The notes beneath the pieces are model-generated. The model did no database searches. It saw only the letters and a program-made list of their open reading frames with translations, and was not told the DNA's origin. A stretch of 60,248 nucleotides of DNA, counting the filler, from Nitrospinae bacterium RIFCSPLOWO2_12_FULL_45_22 (lineage in GTDB: Bacteria; 2-12-FULL-45-22): assembly GCA_001803565.1 (NCBI GenBank). It is 9 parts of 9 records of this genome, joined end to end, with 100 filler letters (N's around TTAATTAATTAA, not from the genome) between each part and the next. Parts side by side here need not be neighbours in the genome. Positions count along the whole stretch, not along the records: positions 5,554 to 12,326 come from MHDQ01000209.1; positions 12,427 to 17,959 come from MHDQ01000210.1; positions 18,060 to 27,588 come from MHDQ01000211.1; 6 more parts are not named here. One strand, given 5' to 3'. The position numbers and the translations under genes were made by a program. This document shows, in pieces, positions 11,203-21,772 of this stretch. Position 1 is the first letter of the stretch, and every line of letters begins with the position of its first letter.

Positions 11203-11655
11203 TTAGGGCTTACTGACTTCCTCATCCTGGCTGCATTTTATAAACTTACCAACCTCTTCGAGAAAGCGATTTATATCATCCAGGTCGTGCTGCAATATCT
11301 GGTATATCTCTTCATCGGTAATTTCATGGTAAAAGTGGACAATCCTGTTACGGTAACCAGCCATCTCTATCAGTTTATCCATAAGTGGTTTCGATATAAT
11401 CCCACTCTTACCGAGCCCCTGGGCGATGTCTTTATATTCGTGGGTTAATCTAACCTTACCAGTCCTTGCCAGGATGTGTCGACCAATATCAAAGATTGCC
11501 TCAAGACAGTGTCGAAGAAAGGTCTCAGCCGCAGCAGGGTATTTATAGTCTTTAAGAAAATCTGGCTGAGGTATATTGCTTATATCTTGTAGACGGGAGA
11601 GGGCAGTTCTTATGACCCCTATCCTTCCCGTCAGCATCGGCATATTAAACTTCAT
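11203..11655 (-). CDS. HEPN/DUF86 RNase toxin (HepT-like)
   Basis: RNRIVHFY Rx4H motif; ATGA overlap with the upstream MNT. Confidence 0.85.
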   Translation of the reverse strand: MKFNMPMLTGRIGVIRTALSRLQDISNIPQPDFLKDYKYPAAAETFLRHCLEAIFDIGRHILARTGKVRLTHEYKDIAQGLGKSGIISKPLMDKLIEMAGYRNRIVHFYHEITDEEIYQILQHDLDDINRFLEEVGKFIKCSQDEEVSKP

Positions 11656-12086
11656 CCACTTATAGCCTCCAGGACCTCTTTTGCATATTGGTCGTAGTCT
11701 GGCTTCCAATCCTGATAGAATTTGATAACCCTTTCTTCATAATCGAGTCTCTTATCCTCGTCATGGCTATAAATTAATATCCCATTTATTGCCTCGAACT
11801 GGATGATGATCCCCGTTTCTTGAAGCAGGATAAGGTCTAAGGTGAAGGGTAAAAATATATCAGATAGTGTAGAATGAAGTCTGCTATAGATCTTTATCCT
11901 CTCGTTTGGGTCTAATGGTCTTTCAAGAAACACCACTCCTATATCAATATCGGCAAGGGGGTCGATCTTCCCGTGTTTCTTACCGTCAAGGATGGCAGCA
12001 CCATCCCTGGCCATGGAACCAAAAATATAAGCTGTCAAGATAGCATAATCCTTACAGATCTTACGAAACCTTTCTCTCGCGTTCAT
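11652..12086 (-). CDS. MNT antitoxin (MntA-like)
   Basis: YIFGSMAR ... ADIDIGV, LDLILL; coupled to the HEPN gene. Confidence 0.8.
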   Translation of the reverse strand: MNARERFRKICKDYAILTAYIFGSMARDGAAILDGKKHGKIDPLADIDIGVVFLERPLDPNERIKIYSRLHSTLSDIFLPFTLDLILLQETGIIIQFEAINGILIYSHDEDKRLDYEERVIKFYQDWKPDYDQYAKEVLEAISG

Positions 12087-12251
12087 TATATTTTCCCCTC
12101 TCATCTTTTCGCGTCAAAAGATCCAGCATCTTTAGCCTTATTATAATAGTTGCGAGAGAGTCACTCAAGCTATATCTATTCCTCGGCTCATCACTGGGTA
12201 AACCCTGGGGTAAGAAAAAGTTCGCTTTGGCCTAAACTGTCATCCCAAAAT

Positions 12252-12326
12252 GATAATGTCCTATTTAGCCAAGATAGGAATGTCCTATTTTGATATAGAA
12301 TGCCCTTTCATGAAAGGAGGGCATTA
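12252..12326 (+). mobile_element. Probable IS left end at contig break
   Basis: Repeated aatgtcctattt, then a hairpin containing AAGGAGG, ending at the contig end. Confidence 0.4.
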
Positions 12327-12518
12327 NNNNNNNNNNNNNNNNNNNNNNNNNNNNNNNNNNNNNNNNNNNNTTAATTAATTAANNNNNNNNNNNNNNNNNN
12401 NNNNNNNNNNNNNNNNNNNNNNNNNNGATGATTTTCTGGGTAATTTTTATTAGACATGTAGCCTCCTCAATACTAATGATTTTATATCAAATTTTTACGT
12501 GAGTAAAGCAGATAGGCA

Positions 12519-12595
12519 GTTACCTTAATTTTAGACTTTGCATTTTAAGTTTTGAGCTTCTTGGTGACTTAGTGCCTTGGGGGCTGAACGGTTAC
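12519..12595. repeat. MITE-like end (ctgaacggttac) abutting a truncated HEPN gene
   Basis: Similar to the reverse complement of 39450-39510; same terminus as 32199. Confidence 0.65.
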
Positions 12596-12813
12596 TAAAA
12601 AAGGTAATGGAGTCTTTATCAGACCTGGTAAAAATCCCGGAAGATATCCTGGAAAAGGCCGGTACTCTTGACAGGTATTATATTCCAACTCGTTACCCCA
12701 ATGGATTTGAAAGGGGTGCACCAAGGGATTACTTTTTTCAAAAAGATGCTGAGGATGCTATCCAATATGCCGAAGAGATCATTAAATTCTCCAAGAAGTG
12801 GATATCTACATAA
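12596..12813 (+). pseudogene. C-terminal half of a HEPN domain protein
   Basis: LDRYYIPTRYPN ... DAEDAIQYAEEII; N-terminal half replaced by a repeat. Confidence 0.75.
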
Positions 12814-13144
12814 AAAGGAAGAACTCCTGGCGTACCTCAGAGAGGGCGTCAGTAAACTTTTGAAAACCTTTATCGAGGTAGAGGAGGTATGGTTGTTTGG
12901 GTCTTTCTCTCGCCAGGATTGGGGTATCAAAAGTGATGCAGATATTCTTATTACTTTGAGTGAGAGTCCGTGGGAAAGGTTCTTTGATCGTATTCCTAAG
13001 TATATGGATATCTTCCTTAAAGTGCCTTTGTCAGTGGATATCTTCCCTTATACAAGGAATGAGATAGCACGAATGATAGAAGCAGGCAATCTATTTATTT
13101 TGAGAATTCTCAAGGAAAGAATCCCCCTAGTCGTTAGGGAGTAA
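12767..13144 (+). CDS. Minimal nucleotidyltransferase
   Basis: LFGSFSR..SDADIL, VDIFPYT; overlaps the HEPN 3' end. Confidence 0.8.
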   Translation: MPKRSLNSPRSGYLHKKEELLAYLREGVSKLLKTFIEVEEVWLFGSFSRQDWGIKSDADILITLSESPWERFFDRIPKYMDIFLKVPLSVDIFPYTRNEIARMIEAGNLFILRILKERIPLVVRE

Positions 13145-13206
13145 CCCTGACGGTTTTCCTATTAGTTACAAGGGAATTAGGGTTCCACATGATTAATAGC
13201 ATAGCT

Positions 13207-13331
13207 TTACACTTCTAGTCGCATGAGGTCATGAGCTAGCAGTATCTCGCCAGAAAAGGCCCGGCGGCATTGGCCCAAAATATCATACTGATCACACAGG
13301 GGATATAGGTGAGTCAAGACTAGCTTTTGGC
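13207..13331 (-). pseudogene. Diverged duplicate of the 3' end of the MBL-fold gene (14177-14300)
   Basis: About 110-125 nt align directly, including the stop codon. Confidence 0.85.
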
Positions 13332-13360
13332 AGTGATTCTAGAATCCATCGAACCTGATT

Positions 13361-13909
13361 TCAAAACTCTGCTTTTAGTGATTCTGGTAATAAGTCTTTC
13401 ANNNNNNNTGATTCTGGTAATAAGTCTTTCAAATGAGGATATTCTTCAATAATACGAAAGATATCAGCTAAATCTTTCTGACGTTTGCTCTTGCGTCTTT
13501 GCTCATCACAATATGCCCATGTTTTGCCCTGCAGTACATCCTCTACCGCTGCAACTTTCATCTCATAGCCCATGACCTCTTTTATGGAAGAGCGAACTAT
13601 AAAAGTCTGATAACGGGGATCGGTTTGTAATTGGATTCGTAAATCAGATTTTGTACTGCTGAGATTCACACTATGAGGGAGCTTTACTATATTAAAGATC
13701 TTTTCGGCTGCCTTTAGCAAATTCTCTGTTGCCTCTGCGACAATGACTAAATCTAAATCCAAACTAACTACAGGCTCGACATAGGCATTGACAGCGAGTC
13801 CTCCAATCACACAATAATCAATTTTCATCTCATTTAGCAAATCAAGCATCTGCTGTAAAATGTCCTCTCGCCCATTACTCACAGCATGCATGAACTCTTT
13901 TTTGGTCAC
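13361..13909 (-). CDS. Nucleotidyltransferase (AbiEii-like fold)
   Basis: IGGLAVNAY..SLDLDL, KRQKDLAD; 3' end distorted by an N gap. Confidence 0.7.
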   Translation of the reverse strand: MTKKEFMHAVSNGREDILQQMLDLLNEMKIDYCVIGGLAVNAYVEPVVSLDLDLVIVAEATENLLKAAEKIFNIVKLPHSVNLSSTKSDLRIQLQTDPRYQTFIVRSSIKEVMGYEMKVAAVEDVLQGKTWAYCDEQRRKSKRQKDLADIFRIIEEYPHLKDLLPESXXXKDLLPESLKAEF

Positions 13910-14176
13910 AATAATTCTCCTTTTTCGCTGCACACAACCAACAGAACTCAGCGGCTGCTATCGGTTGCCCTTTAATTCTTTAAAAATGACTTTGTTAATG
14001 TATGGTCTTACGTCAAATATGCCTTGTTTTCCATTTGATAGCTGTTACCTATGGATGTCAAAAATTTATACTCATTTTTGCAGCTTGTCAAAGTTATTCC
14101 TAGGGAAAACCTCTCCCTGTGGGGTTTTTGAATCAATATTGAACCTAGGGATAACCGCTATATTAACGATTGATTT

Positions 14177-14932
14177 TTACACTGCTAGGCGCATGAGGTC
14201 ATGGGCTAATAGTATGTCGCCAGAAAAGGCCTTGCGGCATTGGCCCAGGATGTCATACTGATCACACAGGGGATATAGGTGTGTCAGGAGCAGCCGCTGA
14301 CATTTCGCTTCTTGGGCAATCTTACCGGCTAGCCCTGGGGTTAAATGGCTCACTACCCTCTTCTCGTCCGGGAAAGAACACTCCAGGATCAAAAGGTTTG
14401 CCCCCTGGGCCAGCTCGACTATCCCTGGGCAATAGTCGGTATCGCCAGAATAGACCACGGTTTTCCCTGCACGATCCTCAAACCGATACCCTACCGTCGG
14501 AGTGCTATGGGTCATGGGTTTAGCCAGGCAGCGCCACCCCTCCGCTTCTATCGGCTCACAGGAGACCTCCTGGGTTATTATGCGATAGAAATCACTAACA
14601 GTCCACTTGCTATAGATAGACATCAGGGCCTGATAGAAATCTTTGAAGCCCGGTGGGCCAAAGATCCTCAAGTCCTTTCTGCGCAGGCGGTCCAATGAGT
14701 ATTTTATGGCAAAGAGTAGCGGTATCAATTCCGCTGTGTGGTCGCAATGTAGATGAGTATAGAGGATATAGTCGAGCCCCATATAGTCTATCCCGGCCTT
14801 TAATAGTTGGTAGATAGTTCCAGTACCACCATCCAGTAAGATGTTGTCCGGGCCAATCTTTATCGCCATGCCCGGTGAGATCCTTTTCAGCGTTGGTATA
14901 CAGGTACCCGAGCCCAGTATAATCACTTCCAT
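14177..14932 (-). CDS. MBL-fold hydrolase, RNase Z/BN-like
   Basis: ILGSGT, THLHCDH, YSGDT, ILECSF, LTHLYP. Confidence 0.85.
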   Translation of the reverse strand: MEVIILGSGTCIPTLKRISPGMAIKIGPDNILLDGGTGTIYQLLKAGIDYMGLDYILYTHLHCDHTAELIPLLFAIKYSLDRLRRKDLRIFGPPGFKDFYQALMSIYSKWTVSDFYRIITQEVSCEPIEAEGWRCLAKPMTHSTPTVGYRFEDRAGKTVVYSGDTDYCPGIVELAQGANLLILECSFPDEKRVVSHLTPGLAGKIAQEAKCQRLLLTHLYPLCDQYDILGQCRKAFSGDILLAHDLMRLAV

Positions 14933-15299
14933 AGCTAAACCCTCTTGAATTAAACAAATATTGGCTTTTTTATACCATCTATATACAATTATAGTTAGAA
15001 AAAGGCAACGGGAAAGATACCTCCCTGGAGCTTTAGCTCACAAAGATGGATGAAAATGCAATTTGTGGTCGAGCTTGTTGACTATTCTCAACTTAGTTAG
15101 CACTTCTTGGCGGCTAGATGGTTGCAAATTCTAACAGGGATAGACAGGATGGGGAGGATGTCCTATGAGTATTTATCTTGACTATCCTGTTTATCCCTGT
15201 TAAGGGGTAAAAGTACTATTTTCAAAATAAAGAAATTATTTATTGGGTTGAGTATAATGGAAATTTGGCAGTAGGCATATAGAGAGGAGGAGGTAAAAG

Positions 15300-16685
15300 A
15301 TGTTTATTAGACAGTTTTTTGTGAAGGGATTGGCCCATGCTTCTTACCTGGTTGGTTGCGTATCCAGTGGGGTTTGTGTTGTGATTGATCCTAAGCGGGA
15401 TGTAGCGGATTATCTCGAGGTGACTCAGGAAGAAGGTATGAAATTGACCCATATCTTCGAGACCCATTTGCATGCCGACTTTGTCTCCGGCCACCTGGAA
15501 CTGGCCAATAAAACCGGGGCCAGGGTCTATGTCCCGGCAGCCGCTCAGGTAGGGTATGAGCATGTACCCATCAGAGAGGGAGACGAGATCAGCCTGGGTA
15601 CGCTTAGGGTCAGGATTATAGGGACTCCGGGCCATACACCCGAAAGTGTTTGTCTGGCAGTCTCGGACACTACTAGATCAGTTGATCCCTGGGTGATCTT
15701 TACCGGGGACACTTTGTTTGTCGGTGATGTAGGGAGGCCAGACCTGTTTGGCCCGGAAAGGGCCCGGGAGTTGGCGGCCAGTCTCTATCAGAGCTTGCAT
15801 AATAAATTGCTGAAGCTGCCCGATTCAGTGGAGGTCTATCCGGCTCATGGTGCTGGGTCTCTCTGTGGTCGTAGCATCGGGAGCAAACAAAGTTCTACTA
15901 TCGGTTTTGAGCGGTTATTTAATTATGCCTTGCAGCCCCGTTCCCAAGACGATTTTATTGAATTGCTGATCCACAATATGCCCTCGGCCCCGGCATATTT
16001 CAAATTTGATACCGAGCTCAACCGGAAGGGCCCTAAACTATTAATGACCTTAGCTGAGCCAAAGAGCATCTCCCCTCGGGAGACCCAGGAGATGGTGAAA
16101 AAGGACAATATCATATTGATAGATACCCGTGCCGGTGCTATCTTTGGCGAGGCCCATATCCCTGGGTCTTTAAATATTGGGCTGAGCCCGCAGTTCCCTA
16201 CCTGGGTCGGGACCGTGATTGATCCAGAAAAACCCCTCTTATTCTTATTGAGCAAAGACGAGAACCTGAAAGAAGTCAGGTTACATCTAGCCCGGATAGG
16301 TTTTGATAACCTGTTAGGATTTGTCGCTGGCGGGATAACAGCCTGGCAAGATGCCGGCTTACCAGTCTCGTCCCTTCCCCAGATCAATGTCTCTGAATTG
16401 AAGGAACTGCTAAAGACCAGGAAAGATATGCTGGTATTAGACGTCAGGTCTGATGCCGAATGGCGGGCCGGACATATAAAAGATGCCGCTCATATACCAC
16501 TGAAAGAGGTAGAAGAACGTTACCCGGAAATGGCGAGGGATAGGGCTACTGCGGTTATCTGTGGTAGTGGCTATCGCTCCAGTATTGCAGCTAGTATCCT
16601 GGAGAAATCCGGCCTTAAAAAGCTCTGTAACGTAACCGGTGGGATGGGGGCCTGGAAGACGGCTGGTTATGAGACGGTTGCTTGA
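15300..16685 (+). CDS. MBL-fold persulfide dioxygenase-like protein with two rhodanese domains
   Basis: ETHLHADFVSG, TPGHTPE, GDVGRPDL, PAHGAGSLCG; C-terminal CGSGYRS. Confidence 0.88.
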   Translation: MFIRQFFVKGLAHASYLVGCVSSGVCVVIDPKRDVADYLEVTQEEGMKLTHIFETHLHADFVSGHLELANKTGARVYVPAAAQVGYEHVPIREGDEISLGTLRVRIIGTPGHTPESVCLAVSDTTRSVDPWVIFTGDTLFVGDVGRPDLFGPERARELAASLYQSLHNKLLKLPDSVEVYPAHGAGSLCGRSIGSKQSSTIGFERLFNYALQPRSQDDFIELLIHNMPSAPAYFKFDTELNRKGPKLLMTLAEPKSISPRETQEMVKKDNIILIDTRAGAIFGEAHIPGSLNIGLSPQFPTWVGTVIDPEKPLLFLLSKDENLKEVRLHLARIGFDNLLGFVAGGITAWQDAGLPVSSLPQINVSELKELLKTRKDMLVLDVRSDAEWRAGHIKDAAHIPLKEVEERYPEMARDRATAVICGSGYRSSIAASILEKSGLKKLCNVTGGMGAWKTAGYETVA

Positions 16686-16691
16686 CACTTT

Positions 16692-16770
16692 GAGATTGCT
16701 TCGCTTCTCTCGCAATGACCAGACCAGCCTATTAATGTCATTGCGAGGAGCGGTAGCGACAAATCAATCT
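16692..16770. repeat. Palindromic intergenic repeat
   Basis: agattgcttcgct..ctcgcaatgac / gtcattgcgag..agcgac..caatct. Confidence 0.7.
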
Positions 16771-16790
16771 AGATTTTGGTCTAAGTTGTA

Positions 16791-17959
16791 ATGGTAACCG
16801 ATAAGTTTTCTGCACCAGATATAGTCCTTGGACTTAAGGCTAACTGGAAGCAATTTTCCCTCCTGGTAGTAGTAAATGGCTTCGTAGGGGCCATGGTGGG
16901 GTTAGAGAGAACCATCCTCCCCCTTATTGCTTCCAATGAGTTCGGTATCACCTCTAAAAGTGTTGTCTTATCCTTCCTCATAAGCTTTGGCCTGGTAAAG
17001 GCCCTGAGCAACTTCTTCGCCGGTGGTCTTGCCGATACCCTGGGACGAAAAAAGCTGCTGGTAGTAGGGTGGTACCTCGGGGTCCCGGTCCCTTTTCTGA
17101 TTATATGGGCTCCAGATTGGGGTTGGGTTGTCTTTGCCAATATCCTTTTAGGAATGAATCAAGGGTTTTGTTGGTCTATGACCGTCATCCAGAAGATTGA
17201 CTTAGTAGGACCAGCAAGGCGGGGCCTGGCTATGGGCATTAACGAATTTGCTGGTTATGTAGCGGTCAGTCTCTCTGCCCTGGCCACCGGTTATATCGCC
17301 GCCTCTTATAGCTTGAGGCCATACCCCTTTTACCTGGGTATAGCCTTTGTCTTGTTGGGTTTATTCTTATCAATCTTCTTTGTGAAAGAGACCAGGGCAT
17401 ATGCTATGGCAGAAGCTAGCACCTGGGATACCAACGTGCAGGAGCCCCTATCCGGAGACAGACCAAAGAACAAGCAAAGACCTTCCCTGGCTGAGATACT
17501 ATTAATTACCAGTTGGAAGGATAAAGCCCTGTTTAGTTGCAGTCAAGCAGGCATGGTGAATAACCTGAATGATGGCATGGCCTGGGGGTTGTTTCCGTTG
17601 TTTTTCGCCGCTGCTGGGTTAGATATATATTCTATTGGGATTATTGCGGCAGTTTATCCCGGTGTTTGGGGCAGCCTACAGCTTGTAACCGGGATGCTCA
17701 GCGACCGCTGGGGACGGAAGAAGATGATCTTCACTGGCATGTGGGTTCAGGCCCTGGGCATATGGTTAACTGCTGCCACCCATAGCTTTCCGTATTGGGT
17801 GAGCGGCTCAGCTATCCTGGGCTTGGGTACCGCCCTGGTCTATCCGACTTTACTGGCAGCGATAAGTGATGTAGCGAACCCTTCCTGGAGGGCATCAGCC
17901 GTAGGGGTTTATCGGCTATGGAGAGATGGGGGATATGCATTAGGGGCCCTCATGGCTGG
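16791..17959 (+). CDS. MFS transporter (3' partial)
   Basis: Many TM helices; GLADTLGRK and GMLSDRWGRK MFS motifs. Confidence 0.9.
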
Positions 17960-18296
17960 NNNNNNNNNNNNNNNNNNNNNNNNNNNNNNNNNNNNNNNNN
18001 NNNTTAATTAATTAANNNNNNNNNNNNNNNNNNNNNNNNNNNNNNNNNNNNNNNNNNNNTTCCGGGTCAAGCCCGGAATGACAGGCAATGTTGGTATGCG
18101 CAAATAATTATGTCGCTCTGTATAAATTGATTCGAAAAAGTGATAAAAAAATATGAAAACGTTCACCGCAGAGGCACAGAGGCGCGGAGACCGTGGGGCA
18201 TGTCCGTAACTCGTGTCCGTCCATCAATGGACCCAGAAGACGGACACAGATCATGAAATTGCTCCGCGTCTCTGCGGTAAATAGCCCAGTGAACAT

Positions 18297-20516
18297 TTAC
18301 TGTATCCTCTTTGCGCCATAGATTTTCTGGTAAAAGATTTGATTCCGGAGAATATTTTTTATATAATCGCGCGTCTCGTTATAAGGGATATTTTCAATGA
18401 ATTCTTCCGGATCGTTAACCGCATAGCTTTTCAGCCATTCTTTGACCTTTTCTGGCCCCGCATTATAACCTGCTAGAGCCAGGATTAGATTCCGATCAAA
18501 TCTCTTCTGCAAGTAATTAAAATACCATATCCCTAGCGATATGTTAGAGTCAGGATCGAAAAGGTAGTGTTGTTTAAAACCATCTTTACTCAATGATTGG
18601 GAAATGAACTCTCCGGTAGAAGGCAAGATCTGCATCAGCCCACAAGCGCCAGCAGAAGAGATTGCCCCGGATTGGAAGGCGCTCTCCTGCCGGATAATAG
18701 CCATGATCAAGTAAGGGTCCTGGCGGTACTGCCTGGCCTGGGAATTTACCTGCTCCCAATATGGTAAGGGATAAAATAGCTGCCATAACTCTGCCGGGAA
18801 CTGGTTCCTGTCCTTTACTGGCTTAGTAAGCAGAATCCGGCTCAAAATCTTTATTGCGTCATGATAAAATCCAGTTTGGCAAGAAAATTTAGCCAGGGGA
18901 TATAGACAGTTAGTATCCGGGGAGACGAGTTTCATTAAATATTTTAATTCCTGCTGACCCTCTACATAAAAGGCCAGCACAGCTAATTCTCTAATCCTTT
19001 CCAGATAGTAGTTCTGTTCGGCGCTCCATGACATATCCTTAGGGGGCGGGGGTCGGGGAATCAGTGACACTTCTGACCCCTGATCTCTGACCCCTGACCC
19101 CTGACCCTTTGGTTCCTGACTTTTCCGCCATCGTTCTTCTCCTTTAATGCCGTAATAGCTATAAGGGTAGTTCCGGGCTAATTCTTCATAATATTCTTGA
19201 GCCTTTTCTTCCTGGCCGGCCTTTTCCAGTGCCCTGGCATACCAGTAAAGGGCTTTGTCTCTCAGTTTGTCAGCCTTAGAAAGGAGGGTTAAATCCTTAA
19301 ACACCTGAGCAGCTCTAGCATATTCGCCTGTTGCATACTCTGTCCAACCCCATCGCCAATAAACCTCCGGGAGCAATTCTCCTTTCGGAAACTGCCTTGC
19401 CATGTCCTGATATACCCTGCGGGCCTGGGGCCATCTCCCTTCCTCTTCCTTCATTAACCCCAAGACCAACATCCCTTTCTCGGTCCACGCATCAGCAGGA
19501 AAAGTCTTTATCAGTCTCTTTATCGCTCCTTCACCTCTATAATAGTCTTTTGTCGTCCAATATAACCTTGCGAGGTAATATAGCCCTTCCGGTAAATAAT
19601 GGCTGCCAGGATATTTAGCTATAAATTGTTCAAGTAAAGATTTAGCTTCAGTCCTTTCTCTGAGCATGCTTTGACAGAAGGCCTTTTTTAATACAGCATT
19701 CTCACGAAATTCTTGAGAAGGTTGTACAGATATAATATTCTCATAATCCTTTAAGGCCAAGGCATAACGCCCCAGTTCCCTCAATTTTTCTGCCCTTTTT
19801 AGATAGAGCACCAGCGAGCTTTTGGCCAGGTTCAATACTTTATGTTTATCTAAAATATTCATCTCTCGCCAACTGGCATCTGCAAGGGTCTGTTCTGGAT
19901 AATCAAAGTAGAGCCTACTGTATAGCTCCCAGGCCGGGGATGACTGACCGGTTTTTGCCAGAGACTCTGCCCAGCCAAATATTGCTTCGGCCTCTTTTTT
20001 CCTATTAGCCAGCCCCTCCCCTTCTATAACTCCCTGGTATTTAGCGATGGCCTGAGCATAATCTCCCATCTCCTTCAAGGCATGAGCTTCCAGGAGTTGG
20101 GCATCATAGACTAAGAGGCTCTTAGGATACTTCTCGCCAAATGATTTTATTAACTCATAGGCTCTATGGGGCTTACCCTGTGCCAGCCATATTTTGCCCA
20201 GTTCTAGCTCAATATAATCCCGCAACTTGTCATAGTCTTTCCTGGCCCGGATAAAATAGTCTTCCGCCTCCGGGAGCTTACCAAGCTGTTTATAGGTATA
20301 AGCTAGAAGGAACAGGGCTCTTTTCTGCCAAATAGGTTCTGGATTGGAATCTAACAGTTTCTTAAGGTTGGGTATGGTGTTTTGGTAATCCTGGGCTTGT
20401 GTCTGTGCTAAGATAACCTTCCAATCCTTTGGTGGATCAGGGTCTGCCATTACTGGCCAGACAAAAATAACCAGGCAAACAAAAAGGATTATTATTAAAT
20501 TTTTTCCTCTACCCAT
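18297..20516 (-). CDS. slt: Soluble lytic transglycosylase with TPR-like superhelix
   Basis: IRQESAF, GLMQI, AGYNAG, ETRDY; signal peptide. Confidence 0.88.
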   Translation of the reverse strand: MGRGKNLIIILFVCLVIFVWPVMADPDPPKDWKVILAQTQAQDYQNTIPNLKKLLDSNPEPIWQKRALFLLAYTYKQLGKLPEAEDYFIRARKDYDKLRDYIELELGKIWLAQGKPHRAYELIKSFGEKYPKSLLVYDAQLLEAHALKEMGDYAQAIAKYQGVIEGEGLANRKKEAEAIFGWAESLAKTGQSSPAWELYSRLYFDYPEQTLADASWREMNILDKHKVLNLAKSSLVLYLKRAEKLRELGRYALALKDYENIISVQPSQEFRENAVLKKAFCQSMLRERTEAKSLLEQFIAKYPGSHYLPEGLYYLARLYWTTKDYYRGEGAIKRLIKTFPADAWTEKGMLVLGLMKEEEGRWPQARRVYQDMARQFPKGELLPEVYWRWGWTEYATGEYARAAQVFKDLTLLSKADKLRDKALYWYARALEKAGQEEKAQEYYEELARNYPYSYYGIKGEERWRKSQEPKGQGSGVRDQGSEVSLIPRPPPPKDMSWSAEQNYYLERIRELAVLAFYVEGQQELKYLMKLVSPDTNCLYPLAKFSCQTGFYHDAIKILSRILLTKPVKDRNQFPAELWQLFYPLPYWEQVNSQARQYRQDPYLIMAIIRQESAFQSGAISSAGACGLMQILPSTGEFISQSLSKDGFKQHYLFDPDSNISLGIWYFNYLQKRFDRNLILALAGYNAGPEKVKEWLKSYAVNDPEEFIENIPYNETRDYIKNILRNQIFYQKIYGAKRIQ

Positions 20517-21705
20517 CTACCCTCCATCTACCCTCCCGATCCCCTGGCACTATCTTCCCTAATATCACCTTTTTGCTAGCACCGGTCACATTACCGAGAT
20601 TGGCCGGCACACCCGATGCCGCCTCATTAGCGAGAATAGCAAAGGCAATAGCTTCTAATGCCTTTGCTGGGATGCCATACTCATCTGTAGACACTAAAGG
20701 AATGGGGTAAATTCGTTCCCGGAGCTTGTTTACCAGGAAAGGATTCTGAGCACCACCACCACAAACAATAAACTCCTCGACGGAAAAATGGGGGAGGATA
20801 AAATCCTTAAAGCCCTGATAAATGGAATCTACGGTAAAATTAGCTACCGTAGCTATCAGGTCATTCCCTTTCACCCTGATTTGTTTTGCCCACCCCATTA
20901 TCTCTTCTAAATAGAAAGGACCAAAATCCTCCCGGCCAGTAGATTTGGGTGGGTTTTTTTTGAGGTAAGGATGGGAGAGGAGTTGTTGGCTCAAGGGCTC
21001 ACTAATTATCCCTTGAAAAGCCCCTTCTCCATCTATATCAAAAGTCTTTTCTCCCTGGGTTAAATGGCTAATAACCGCATCCAGGAGCATATTGCCTGGT
21101 CCGGTATCGAAGGCAATAACCTTGTCGGGATTGCTACCAGAAGGCAACAGAGTAATGTTAGCGATACCCCCGATATTCAGCACTACTCGCGTCTTATGGG
21201 GATGTTTAAATAGTAGGTAATGGATATATGGAGTCAGAGGGGCACCCATACCACCGGCCGCAATATCTCGGGTACGAAAATCTGCTACGGTGGTTACCCC
21301 GGTCCTTTCGGCAATCACTGCGGGTTCTCCTATTTGTAAGGTGGAGCGGACTTCAAAACCATGATCTAACCGGGATTGAGGTAAGTGATGAATGGTCTGA
21401 CCATGCGAGCCTATTAGGTCTATCTCCTCGATCCGGGTGTTGCTCTTACGGCAGAGCTCGTGCACTGCCTGGGCGAACAGCTCACCCAGAAGGAAATTCA
21501 GATGGCAAATTAAATCCACTGTGCCGTTAAGAGATGAGGAGGCCCGGAGTATATCTTCTTTTACCTTAGGTGGGTAAGGTGTTGTCTGGAAGGCTAACAG
21601 GTTGATGCGGGTATCCAGGCCATAGTGGTTAATCTCTACCAGGGCAGCATCTATCCCATCTGCCGACGTACCAGACATCAATCCTATTACTTTCCTCTGG
21701 CTCAT
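20509..21705 (-). CDS. anmK: Anhydro-N-acetylmuramic acid kinase
   Basis: GLMSGTSADGID, GSHGQT, NIGGIAN, FDTGPGN, KSTGRE. Confidence 0.95.
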   Translation of the reverse strand: MSQRKVIGLMSGTSADGIDAALVEINHYGLDTRINLLAFQTTPYPPKVKEDILRASSSLNGTVDLICHLNFLLGELFAQAVHELCRKSNTRIEEIDLIGSHGQTIHHLPQSRLDHGFEVRSTLQIGEPAVIAERTGVTTVADFRTRDIAAGGMGAPLTPYIHYLLFKHPHKTRVVLNIGGIANITLLPSGSNPDKVIAFDTGPGNMLLDAVISHLTQGEKTFDIDGEGAFQGIISEPLSQQLLSHPYLKKNPPKSTGREDFGPFYLEEIMGWAKQIRVKGNDLIATVANFTVDSIYQGFKDFILPHFSVEEFIVCGGGAQNPFLVNKLRERIYPIPLVSTDEYGIPAKALEAIAFAILANEAASGVPANLGNVTGASKKVILGKIVPGDREGRWRVDG

Positions 21706-21772
21706 AGCAGGCGCTATAATACCAGCCCACCCAACAAAAGTAAAGGATAACAGGCATCGTTCAAATTTTCTC

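Noticed and set aside
13379-13431. Tandem duplication KDLLPES in the NTase gene (likewise 47992-48020)
   Set aside because: The copies straddle an N gap; this is an unmerged overlap.
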